IMG/VR virus record: IMGVR_UViG_3300046820_002026
Span: 1 to 33,794 of that record
DNA length: 33,794 nucleotides
Source of the DNA: a virus
Lineage: Duplodnaviria > Caudoviricetes
Reading direction: 5' to 3' (one strand)
The first letter of the stretch is position 1; the number at the start of each line of letters is the position of its first letter. Under the pieces are notes generated by a model that saw nothing but the letters and a program-made list of their open reading frames with translations, was not told the origin of the DNA and did not search any database. This document shows positions 1 through 7,540 of this stretch, piece after piece. A program made the translations under genes and the position numbers.

Positions 1-182
1 CGTTTCTTCTCTGTTTGCATAAGAGTTTGCACTTCTTCGGGTGTTTTGTCAAGTTGATACTGAATGGTCCGCTGGCATACTTCATAATTTTCCATATGTT
101 GCCCTACTTGACCAGCCATAACAACAATGGAAATAATGACGCCAGCAGAGAAACCAATAATAAAACCTATGCCTTCATTCAT
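1..182 (-). CDS. Partial hypothetical membrane protein (runs off the left edge)
   Basis: ATG at 182 overlaps the upstream stop (TAATG). Manual translation MNEGIGFIIGFSAGVIISIVVMAGQVGQHMENYEVCQR... stays open to the edge and has an N-terminal hydrophobic helix. Confidence 0.7.
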   Translation of the reverse strand, partial: MNEGIGFIIGFSAGVIISIVVMAGQVGQHMENYEVCQRTIQYQLDKTPEEVQTLMQTEKK

Positions 183-670
183 TAGAGTTTCCTCTTTTCC
201 TTACAGGTAGCACATTCCTGCCATTGTTCGGGATTGCCAAGGTGATATACACCACCAAAGTTTACCCAAGCGTGTTCGTGCTTTGTCACGGTTTCAATAA
301 TATCAATAACAGTGCCATTATCCTGCTTCTCAAACTTCTTCTTTAGACGCTCGTACTGCTTGCGGTCACGCTCTTCATTTGCAGCCTTCGCACGTTCCTT
401 ATTTACACGAGCCTTTTTTGCTGCCTCTTGTGCCGCCTTTTGACGAGCCGCATATTCCTTATCGGTTTCAAGGCGATAGCCCGTAATAATGAGGCGGTCG
501 GTATCCCAGTCGTTGTAGGTAAACTCAATATTTATATCCGTCCAAGCGTTGCTTTGGTCATGCATATGAGCAAGGTTATGGATATGTGCAAGACCTTCAT
601 AGAGTTGTTCAAAAGAGTCTGACTCTGAAAACGTCATAATCTGGTCAAATACGCGAATTTTGTCACTCAT
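182..670 (-). CDS. Hypothetical protein with a charged coiled-coil and a C-terminal His/Cys motif
   Basis: 162 aa ORF coupled to both neighbours; K/E/R/A-rich helix; HEH...CxxC at the C-terminus. Confidence 0.75.
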   Translation of the reverse strand: MSDKIRVFDQIMTFSESDSFEQLYEGLAHIHNLAHMHDQSNAWTDINIEFTYNDWDTDRLIITGYRLETDKEYAARQKAAQEAAKKARVNKERAKAANEERDRKQYERLKKKFEKQDNGTVIDIIETVTKHEHAWVNFGGVYHLGNPEQWQECATCKEKRKL

Positions 671-852
671 GGTTTATCCTTGCATCGCAGTTCGCGATGG
701 ATGTCCCCTTGCAGGGTGTTTTTATAGGGCGACACATACTTACATGGCCGGTCAGTTTCCATTGCAGCATACCACCCAACTGCGGCTGCTGCAAGCGCAA
801 AGATAAGCACAGCCATACAGATATCAAATACTTCCTGCCTATTCTTGGTCAT
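667..852 (-). CDS. Small hypothetical membrane protein
   Basis: 61 aa with one hydrophobic segment (ICMAVLIFALAAAAVGWYAAM); GAGG Shine-Dalgarno (SD) upstream; overlaps neighbours. Confidence 0.7.
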   Translation of the reverse strand: MTKNRQEVFDICMAVLIFALAAAAVGWYAAMETDRPCKYVSPYKNTLQGDIHRELRCKDKP

Positions 853-1051
853 CGGCTACCTCGTCTTCGCGATAGTGTACTACACAAACGCATTTATCGT
901 AACGATTATTATTATAGTTATAATCTACCGCTGTTGCAATATTGGGGGCGCAGCGAGTTTGACATTTTTCTAATGCCTTTTCATATGGCGACTTGCAATC
1001 ACTTGCGGTTACAAGAAGGAGTATAAGAAATATAAAGAACGCTTTATTCAT
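839..1051 (-). CDS. Small Cys-rich exported or membrane protein
   Basis: 70 aa; signal-like N-terminus MNKAFFIFLILLLVTASDC followed by several Cys; ATGA overlap with the upstream ORF. Confidence 0.7.
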   Translation of the reverse strand: MNKAFFIFLILLLVTASDCKSPYEKALEKCQTRCAPNIATAVDYNYNNNRYDKCVCVVHYREDEVADDQE

Positions 1052-1296
1052 TTCATTCTTCCAAGGACGGCCATCATAATCTCTCTATCTTCGGGAGACA
1101 AGATAAAAGTGTCATACGAGCAGTCGTTGTTATCCTTGTTAAAGAGATATTTATACGCGGCAATCAATCGCTTCCAGAAACTTTTGTAGTTGTTGACCCT
1201 CATTTCAAAAAACACTTCATTATATTCCGGCTCATATGTAACGCGAACTGCGTGGTGTGCAGAACGGCATGAGCAATCAAACCAGCGTGTATCCAT
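1048..1296 (-). CDS. Hypothetical protein
   Basis: 82 aa; GGAG SD; CxC...H motif near the N-terminus. Confidence 0.75.
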   Translation of the reverse strand: MDTRWFDCSCRSAHHAVRVTYEPEYNEVFFEMRVNNYKSFWKRLIAAYKYLFNKDNNDCSYDTFILSPEDREIMMAVLGRMK

Positions 1297-1297
1297 G

Positions 1298-1510
1298 TTA
1301 GTCTCCCTTTATAAACTGTTCCGTCATGGATACAGCCTGTAATAGCCGGTCAAGTTCCTTTGGTCGGTCTTTCATGGTTCGGAGACGCTTTGCTTCGCTG
1401 TATACACGATATAGTGAAAGGTTAAAGTCATCAAGTTTAGCAATGCTCAACCTCAACTTATCAAGCTCACGCTGGGCTTCAAGATTCTCGTCTTCCATAT
1501 TGGACCTCAC
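1298..1510 (-). CDS. Hypothetical protein
   Basis: 70 aa helical ORF; GTGA overlap with the dCMP deaminase stop. The true start could be the downstream ATG (MEDEN). Confidence 0.65.
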   Translation of the reverse strand: MRSNMEDENLEAQRELDKLRLSIAKLDDFNLSLYRVYSEAKRLRTMKDRPKELDRLLQAVSMTEQFIKGD

Positions 1511-1956
1511 CAGGATTTATAAAATACACTGATACTGTTATCTTTTGGAAACCACGATACTCCAAGATCTAGTAAAATATCGGCAGGATGCTTTCCATAT
1601 TGCTGGTTCCACATAATACAGCTGATCCCTGCATTTAGCAGATGTTTGAGGCAGTTGATGCATGGACTGTGTGTAACATAACAGTAGGCATCTTTGATGT
1701 CAACACCGTTCTTTGCTGCTTGAAGGATGGCGTTTGTTTCTGCGTGGACCGTTCGCACGCAATGGTTTTCAACCATGTAACAACCCTTGTCGGTGCAGTG
1801 TGCGGAACCGCGTATAGAGCCGTTGTAGCCCGTACAGAGAATATTGCGGTCGCGGACGATGACTGCTCCCACCTGTAGTCGTGGACAAGTTCCACGGGTG
1901 CTTACCGTTTTTGCAATATCAAGAAAGTACCGATCCCAGTTATCAAGTTGGCTCAT
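1507..1956 (-). CDS. dCMP deaminase (ComEB / T4 cd-like)
   Basis: WDRYFLDIAKTVSTRGTC, VGAVIV, TGYNG, and the zinc motifs HAETNAI and SPCINC. Confidence 0.93.
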   Translation of the reverse strand: MSQLDNWDRYFLDIAKTVSTRGTCPRLQVGAVIVRDRNILCTGYNGSIRGSAHCTDKGCYMVENHCVRTVHAETNAILQAAKNGVDIKDAYCYVTHSPCINCLKHLLNAGISCIMWNQQYGKHPADILLDLGVSWFPKDNSISVFYKSW

Positions 1957-2749
1957 CTTTTAGTAATCCTTTCCATTTATGTGAAACAAGGTATTTTGGT
2001 CTTTTTATTTCTGGTCCGCTCATCATTTCTCTATAGCCAGACCAGTTGCTTATATCTATATGGCTATTTAGCTGTACAATTTCCATATCTGTAACATTTA
2101 GCGGAGCGTATACATCACTTATCTTTCTAAATCTATCTTCTTTGCCCCTAAAGGAATCTAGTGCATGTTGCTGAAGCAGTTTATACTGACTCTGTGCGAA
2201 TGTAAAGGGCAGATGTATATTATCTTGAAAGTTTTTATTATTAAAAATGTACGCTATTTCTTTTTTACCTTTTAGTAAGGTTCGTGAGTTTAATATACTT
2301 TCTTCACAGCTTACTCCATATGGAGATATAAACAGATATCGGCTTGGCGCAGACCACATGCTCATTTTGCTGCTTACATAATGTATAACTTTACTTGCGT
2401 ATAGTGCCCCCCATCCTTGACTATCTCGCCTTGCTATATCTTTTGGTTGGACGCTTATATAATAAATTGGTATCTGAACTTTCTTTAAGAAAGGTTTAAA
2501 CGGATCCCAGATTGTTTCTGGATCGTATATCCACTCGCCCACTTTCTTTTTTATTATTGGAGCGGCAGACCTGTCAAGAACTACCCATATTGTAGTTGCG
2601 CCAGCAACAGCAGCGGTGTTTACTGCTCTCTCTATGGCGTGATAATTTTCGCCAACTGGCATAAGACAATCGTGCCACGGCATATTAAATTCAAGCGGAG
2701 GGCCAACTGCTGAAACTATTGCTGCTAGGTGGGTTGCGACAGTTGACAT
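1943..2749 (-). CDS. Degenerate sugar-phosphate nucleotidyltransferase-like protein
   Basis: The N-terminus AAIVSAVG...PWHDCLMPVG...AIERAVNTAAVAGATTIWVVL follows the NTP_transferase pattern (AVILAGG...PKPLLPV...I...L..AGI..I.VV) but lacks GxGTR and the catalytic Lys. Confidence 0.55.
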   Translation of the reverse strand: MSTVATHLAAIVSAVGPPLEFNMPWHDCLMPVGENYHAIERAVNTAAVAGATTIWVVLDRSAAPIIKKKVGEWIYDPETIWDPFKPFLKKVQIPIYYISVQPKDIARRDSQGWGALYASKVIHYVSSKMSMWSAPSRYLFISPYGVSCEESILNSRTLLKGKKEIAYIFNNKNFQDNIHLPFTFAQSQYKLLQQHALDSFRGKEDRFRKISDVYAPLNVTDMEIVQLNSHIDISNWSGYREMMSGPEIKRPKYLVSHKWKGLLKDEPT

Positions 2750-3528
2750 TTTATATATCCAAGATAATCATTTCTATTATGAGTTTCGCGATGCTCTATT
2801 ATTGTGTCTAGATTTGGGTAAATAAACTTTATACCACCGTAATCAGCGTAAAGGTTTTTCATACTGTTTTTTACCTTACGCTCAATGTGTTCTACGAGTT
2901 CTTTGTTTCGCTTTTTCTTTATTCCGCTTTCTTTTAATACTGTTTCAAGGCGAGCGCGAATAAAATACTCCATACTATCTTCTTCCCTTTCGGCCTCCGA
3001 AACAACCACGCACTCTTTGCGTGTAGAGTTTGGATTATCCACATGGTGGAAGTTTTTTATATAAGCTTCTGTGGAAAGATCTATCTCTATTTTAGAGGCG
3101 CGGCTGCAATTTATTAAAAAACTATCGTATATAGTAACTGGTGTATGTGTTTTTTCTAATGCATCTGGCAATCCATCAACCTTTGTATCATCAAAAATAT
3201 AAAGGTTGTTAAAACCTATATTTACGATAAAATCACCAGTTGTAACAATACGTATGTTGTTGCCGTCCATCATACGCGCCCTATTACATTTATTATCTAA
3301 TGGGAGTAAACCAGCTATTCCCATTTGTGCAAGCATGGAATCAAAAGATTCCTCTTTGCTTAAGCCTAATCCAAAGTCAAAACTATATTTTTCAAACCAT
3401 TGAGGGCGGTCAAGATGCAGGTATATAAGTGGCGTAGATGTATAATACGCAAAAAGGACGGACTCTAAACTAGAGCCTAATACCAAGTGGTCGTAGGATA
3501 AGTTTAGAGTCCGTTCTTTATGAATCAT
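2725..3528 (-). CDS. Hypothetical protein with a degenerate Rossmann/FAD-binding-like N-terminus
   Basis: YDHLVLGSSLESVLFAYY resembles the beta-alpha dinucleotide-binding start (YDxxVxGxGxxG), with glycines lost. Confidence 0.5.
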   Translation of the reverse strand: MIHKERTLNLSYDHLVLGSSLESVLFAYYTSTPLIYLHLDRPQWFEKYSFDFGLGLSKEESFDSMLAQMGIAGLLPLDNKCNRARMMDGNNIRIVTTGDFIVNIGFNNLYIFDDTKVDGLPDALEKTHTPVTIYDSFLINCSRASKIEIDLSTEAYIKNFHHVDNPNSTRKECVVVSEAEREEDSMEYFIRARLETVLKESGIKKKRNKELVEHIERKVKNSMKNLYADYGGIKFIYPNLDTIIEHRETHNRNDYLGYIKCQLSQPT

Positions 3529-3728
3529 CTGCGGTATCTACCTTTTCTGCATTCCATACAATAAAGTTCTTCCTTGAACTTATCTTCTGTGTACCAGCCC
3601 TGCGATATGCCGTTATCTACGGAGTATTTATTATAATGCATTTGGGTACTACATTTATTACAGGCCGTAATATAAAATTCTTGGTTTACGCCATTTATGT
3701 CTGGGATGCTAGTGATAGAATAATCCAT
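3525..3728 (-). CDS. Small zinc-ribbon-like protein
   Basis: 67 aa with two CxxC pairs (CNKC, CMEC); starts immediately after the thyX stop. Confidence 0.7.
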   Translation of the reverse strand: MDYSITSIPDINGVNQEFYITACNKCSTQMHYNKYSVDNGISQGWYTEDKFKEELYCMECRKGRYRR

Positions 3729-4361
3729 TTATTCTCCGTATCCGAATGCTTCTAGCGATAGAGGAAACTTACCTGTTTCACGTACTTGACGCAACATTTC
3801 CTGTGCAAGCTCGCGAACTTCTAACTGGGCATGTTCGCTATTGCGCAGTCCTTGAAAGTGCATGAAGCTTCGCCAGTTGAAAGATATATCTGCCGTAATC
3901 TGATTACCATATGGCAGATAAAATCGTGCGCTTTCCTTTGCACGCTTGCGTGGCACGCCTTTTGCAACTAGGCGGTTTAGACAGTCGTGATACTTTTTCA
4001 AGGCATCTTCTAGGAACGAGATGTACTGCGCTTGCTCATCGGCGTCCCAATCCACGGGAACATAAAATTTATCGTCTTTTAGTTCCTTGTATCTGGCGCT
4101 TTCGCCGTTGATAGAAACACCAATACGGTGCTTGAGCAAATGAATATGTGTGGCAATATCGGTTGTTACAAGGAAGTGGATCATACTTTTCTCATATGGA
4201 GTATGATGGCCTTCCTCGCCAAGCATATTGAGCAACTTGGGTAGCCGGTTACGCTTCTCTTCGCTGATTTCTCGGCTTGTGCTTGTCCAAGCCGATAAAC
4301 CGTGAGTAAGGTCGTCTCCGTATGTGCCAAGTAGTTCTACTGTATTATTTTGTGCTGGCAT
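3729..4361 (-). CDS. thyX: Flavin-dependent thymidylate synthase
   Basis: GHHTPYE, ThyX motif variant KHRIGVSINGESARY, AKESARFYLP, NWRSFMHF..LR...HAQLEVRELA. Confidence 0.95.
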   Translation of the reverse strand: MPAQNNTVELLGTYGDDLTHGLSAWTSTSREISEEKRNRLPKLLNMLGEEGHHTPYEKSMIHFLVTTDIATHIHLLKHRIGVSINGESARYKELKDDKFYVPVDWDADEQAQYISFLEDALKKYHDCLNRLVAKGVPRKRAKESARFYLPYGNQITADISFNWRSFMHFQGLRNSEHAQLEVRELAQEMLRQVRETGKFPLSLEAFGYGE

Positions 4362-4645
4362 TATAGCTCATTCTTTCTGAGAACTCCAACAACTGCGGAT
4401 TCTGATACAACCCAAAAGTTATCAACTTCGTAAGTGACCTTTTCTACAAGGTGACTTTGAACTAGAAGCAGTGCACCCTTCTCTTGATAAAAGGGCGAAT
4501 CTTTCCCTGCACCAGTTAGTTTTACTACTATATGAGCGGGATCTACTGTCATATTTTCTGGAATATAGAACGAGCGCTCTTCTTTTTTCTTAGATTCTAG
4601 CTTCTCAACAAGTAGAAGCTTATTTCTTGGTTCAAGCGAATACAT
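4361..4645 (-). CDS. groES: GroES/Cpn10-like co-chaperonin
   Basis: 94 aa; LEPRNKLLLVEK (cf. LxPLxDRVLV), YIPE mobile-loop end, VVSESAVVGVL (cf. ILxExDILAV). Confidence 0.75.
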   Translation of the reverse strand: MYSLEPRNKLLLVEKLESKKKEERSFYIPENMTVDPAHIVVKLTGAGKDSPFYQEKGALLLVQSHLVEKVTYEVDNFWVVSESAVVGVLRKNEL

Positions 4646-4654
4646 GGTGTCTCC

Positions 4655-4996
4655 TTACTTCTTTAGGTTATCGTAAACCTTGAGAAGTTCCTCAATATCG
4701 GTGTCGTCCTTGACAAGGCGTAGAGCCTTAATAAGGGTCTTCATGTCCTTCTTGTCAAGCCAGCCGTTCTCAACGTATTCCTTCTTTAGATCCTTGCGCT
4801 GCTCCTTATAAGGTTCAATACATTCTTCAATTGCATTTAGGCTCTTGACGAAATCGCGCATGCGCTCTTCCTTGCTCTTGACCTCCTCTTCAACATTTTC
4901 AATATAACCATTGCCGCTTACAACCTCACGAAGCGTCTTCGTTGGAGTGTTGGTCTTACCATCAAGCGCATTTTGTAGTGATTCAAAATTATCCAT
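4655..4996 (-). CDS. Putative dsDNA-binding protein (T4 DsbA / GapR-like)
   Basis: The helical C-terminal half MRDFVKSLNAIEECIEPYKEQRKDLKKEYVENGWLDKKDMKTLIKALR resembles the DsbA/GapR pattern; it has its own promoter. Confidence 0.55.
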   Translation of the reverse strand: MDNFESLQNALDGKTNTPTKTLREVVSGNGYIENVEEEVKSKEERMRDFVKSLNAIEECIEPYKEQRKDLKKEYVENGWLDKKDMKTLIKALRLVKDDTDIEELLKVYDNLKK

Positions 4997-4997
4997 T

Positions 4998-5243
4998 TTA
5001 GGCTCCCTTTGTAAATTGGATCATCTTTATGATGACCGCCACCTTGTCTTCTACTCTAGCACGCCTTCCGCCTTCTTGCAAGTCCATTATATTAACTTTA
5101 ATTCCAAGAGGTTTGTCGTCAAGCGTTAGCCTCTTGTAGAAGAGACGCTCTTCTCCGCTGTAGAAGCTCTCCTTTGTAAAGCGAACATTTCCATTTAGCG
5201 CACTGCTTAGTTTATCTTCTATCTTCTCAAGTATGTCCCACAT
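4998..5243 (-). CDS. Hypothetical protein (start revised to MWDILEK)
   Basis: GGAGG precedes ATG at 5243. The longer ORF-track start (5276) lies inside the terminator/promoter hairpin. Confidence 0.7.
   Translation of the reverse strand: MWDILEKIEDKLSSALNGNVRFTKESFYSGEERLFYKRLTLDDKPLGIKVNIMDLQEGGRRARVEDKVAVIIKMIQFTKGA
5053..5081 (-). promoter_or_regulatory. Sigma70-like promoter for the DsbA-like/groES/thyX run
   Basis: TTGCAA-17 nt-TAGAGT with an extended TGn. Confidence 0.7.
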
Positions 5244-5256
5244 TGGACCTCCAAAT

Positions 5257-5294
5257 AAAAAACCCACAATCGGCATAGTAGCAGATTGTGGGTT
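5257..5294 (-). terminator. Intrinsic terminator after the 191 aa gene
   Basis: Perfect 11 bp stem AACCCACAATC/GATTGTGGGTT followed by a T run. Confidence 0.85.
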
Positions 5295-5303
5295 GGGTGT
5301 AAA
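5275..5303 (-). promoter_or_regulatory. Sigma70-like promoter embedded in the terminator
   Basis: TTTACA-17 nt-TACTAT with TGn; the -10 lies in the hairpin loop. Confidence 0.7.
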
Positions 5304-5314
5304 GCGGAAAGGTA

Positions 5315-5890
5315 CTAAACGTCTTTAAGGTTTAATTTAACCTTCATGTATGCTTTATATGCATCCATAACTTCTGTGCATTTTTTTACTAATTCTTGAT
5401 CGGTTGATGGACTACCGGCTTTTTTATTAGTCACAATACTAATAGGCGTCACGGTAACGCTACCAGAACCATTTCTTCTGTTGTCATATATCTCAGCTTT
5501 ATTCGCACCTACGCTCACAATTTGTACATTTGAATAGATGCCAAAAGCAGATTGCGGTAAGTGTATCCTGTTTTTCATGCAGATCTCGTGAAGTCTATTT
5601 CTAAGTTCTGCAATTTGATCTCCTCCAGATCCCTCTGCTTCTGTTGTCATTTCCTCAAGGTTGCTCCCCTGTGAAAGATTTTCTAGGGCTTCCTGTAGAT
5701 ATCCTAAGATTGGATCCTTTAGAGAATAGCGTATAGTTGAAGCATTTTCTGTCCCAAGGAGAGCCTGGATTTCTTCAATTGCATCGCTTATTGCCCTTTG
5801 TGCTTTTTGAGTTGGCGTTCCTCCAACCTCTTGGAGGTTATTAAATTCTTCTTTAATAATTTGTTTTAAATAGCTTTTCGTTACTTTCAT
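5315..5890 (-). CDS. Putative late virion/internal head protein (MKxTKxxLKQIIKEE-type N-terminus)
   Basis: N-terminus MKVTKSYLKQIIKEEFNNLQE; repeated (I/L)xE motifs; AGGAG SD; late-type motif upstream. Confidence 0.55.
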   Translation of the reverse strand: MKVTKSYLKQIIKEEFNNLQEVGGTPTQKAQRAISDAIEEIQALLGTENASTIRYSLKDPILGYLQEALENLSQGSNLEEMTTEAEGSGGDQIAELRNRLHEICMKNRIHLPQSAFGIYSNVQIVSVGANKAEIYDNRRNGSGSVTVTPISIVTNKKAGSPSTDQELVKKCTEVMDAYKAYMKVKLNLKDV

Positions 5891-5908
5891 TTAATGTCTC
5901 CTAAATAC

Positions 5909-5918
5909 CATAAATAGT
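5909..5918 (-). promoter_or_regulatory. Candidate late promoter motif ACTATTTATG
   Basis: The same CTAWTTAT core is found upstream of the sheath, tube 2 and tape measure genes. Confidence 0.55.
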
Positions 5919-5924
5919 ACCTTT

Positions 5925-7475
5925 TTACTCTTGTGACAGTTTTATTGTTACGTCGGCAGCAAGGTCACCGGCACCACGAAACTGTATTGTGTATAGACCA
6001 TTCCAGCTATCACCAGAATAAACGCTTTTCATTACTTCGTTGAATTCTAGGTCTGGTTTGTCCCACCAACTATCGCTATTGCTGCTATAAAGCTTGCCCA
6101 TGAGGCACATTTCTGTATTTTTACCATACTTGGCATCAATTATTTGTATCTCTATTGGGCTGCTTGGACGCCAAGTTCCAAGGCGCGGGATAGGTTGCCA
6201 TTGATTTGGATCAAGTTGCCATAGGACATAGTCTTCGCCCTCTCCGCAGTCCACGCTTTCATTGCCAACCTTGGATACACCAAGAACAACGCCGCCATAT
6301 AGTCTTAGGTCATCGCCACCTACATGGGTGATACTATCAAGTGTTGCTTTTAATGGACCACGGTTACGGGTGCAAGACTTTTCTGCAAACTCGGTAGTAA
6401 ATGCTAACTGTGTTACTTCATTATCAAGATAAGCAAGTTTATATGCTATTGGCGAACCTGGGCTATCCTTACTGTAGTTACCGCCGTTTTTAATATATTC
6501 AACTACGCCCTCAAAACCGGCAACGGCACCAACTGCATCCTCACCGCTACCGCCAAGGATAAAGGCACGGATAGAACTTTCATCAAGGGTCTTTTTTGTA
6601 TCTACATCTACGCTAACTTCGCCCTCTACTGCCTTTGCGTTATATGCAGCCTTGATGGCTGTTTCAATATCTTGTGAACTCTTGTCGCTTTCTACTGCAA
6701 AGATAACACGGCGACCATATGTAACGCTTTGGATATACACAGGTGGGTTACCCTTTTCAACTACCTTCTGTACGTCTTCGGCCCTTACACTTTTTAAGAA
6801 GAAGTCTGATGGTCGGAGTGGCGCGTTGATGTCAATTGTATAATAGGCTTGGGTAAAGTCAACAAGAACCTTTGTTTTTTTATTGGTGGACGAAAAGTCA
6901 AATGATCCCGCTACTTTACCACCACCTGGCCAAGCCACGCCAGCACCAAGTTTTACACCTACCTGTGAAAGGCTATATACTTCGCTTATCTGTAGGTCGA
7001 TAGCGGCTGGTGTGCTGCCTTTTACGCCATCATTTAGTATATCATTTCGTAGTTGACGGAAAGTTAGGAGGTTTGGATCCCCTAACGTACCGCCTACCTT
7101 ACCACGCATACCCTCAAGAGAAAAGGAAAATGTTACAGGCGCTAATCGGAGTCCAAGAGGAGTGAGCATTCCAACGCTTGCTCCACGACCACTGACAACA
7201 TTTCCTGGCCATAGGGTTGCACTGTTGGGTTGCAGGGCAACAAACTGGTCATATCGGCTGGTTTGCTTAAATTTTCTGTAAGAGCAGAGCATATCTCCGT
7301 CTTGTTCTGGCTGAAGACACTCCAAATCGCAGGTAACCTCTGTTTTAGGTTGCTCCTCTGCGACCGAAAGATGTCCTGCTTCACTTACATATTGATCAAT
7401 GTCAGAACTGTTAATATCCGCCTCTGTTGGCATACAAGCTGTCAGGAGTAGTGCTGTTAGTAGTAGTTTTTTCAT
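5925..7475 (-). CDS. Cholesterol-dependent cytolysin-like (CDCL / thiol-activated cytolysin family) lipoprotein
   Basis: Lipoprotein signal MKKLLLTALLLTA-C14. CDC core motifs appear in the correct order: LWPGNVV (cf. IYPGAL), FTQAYYTI (cf. KQIYYTV), PPVYIQSVTYGR (cf. PxYISSVAYGR), AFILGG (cf. AVILGG), YSKDSPGSPIAY (cf. FSxKNPxxPISY). Confidence 0.88.
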   Translation of the reverse strand: MKKLLLTALLLTACMPTEADINSSDIDQYVSEAGHLSVAEEQPKTEVTCDLECLQPEQDGDMLCSYRKFKQTSRYDQFVALQPNSATLWPGNVVSGRGASVGMLTPLGLRLAPVTFSFSLEGMRGKVGGTLGDPNLLTFRQLRNDILNDGVKGSTPAAIDLQISEVYSLSQVGVKLGAGVAWPGGGKVAGSFDFSSTNKKTKVLVDFTQAYYTIDINAPLRPSDFFLKSVRAEDVQKVVEKGNPPVYIQSVTYGRRVIFAVESDKSSQDIETAIKAAYNAKAVEGEVSVDVDTKKTLDESSIRAFILGGSGEDAVGAVAGFEGVVEYIKNGGNYSKDSPGSPIAYKLAYLDNEVTQLAFTTEFAEKSCTRNRGPLKATLDSITHVGGDDLRLYGGVVLGVSKVGNESVDCGEGEDYVLWQLDPNQWQPIPRLGTWRPSSPIEIQIIDAKYGKNTEMCLMGKLYSSNSDSWWDKPDLEFNEVMKSVYSGDSWNGLYTIQFRGAGDLAADVTIKLSQE

Positions 7476-7486
7476 TTTATCTCCAT

Positions 7487-7529
7487 AAAAAACCCACCCA
7501 GAGGCGCATTGTTAAGAGGCGGGGTGAGT
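7487..7529 (-). terminator. Terminator-like hairpin after nrdA with a direct-repeat loop
   Basis: ACTCACCC-[CGCCTCT TAACAATG CGCCTCT]-GGGTGGGT-TTTTT, ending just before the GGAG SD of the cytolysin gene. Confidence 0.65.
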
Positions 7530-7540
7530 GTATCCTTAAG

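Noticed and set aside
6050-6115. EMC...SWWDK as a CDC undecapeptide
   Set aside because: The spacing and sequence do not match ECTGLAWEWWR; it is treated only as a Trp-rich patch in a non-canonical domain.
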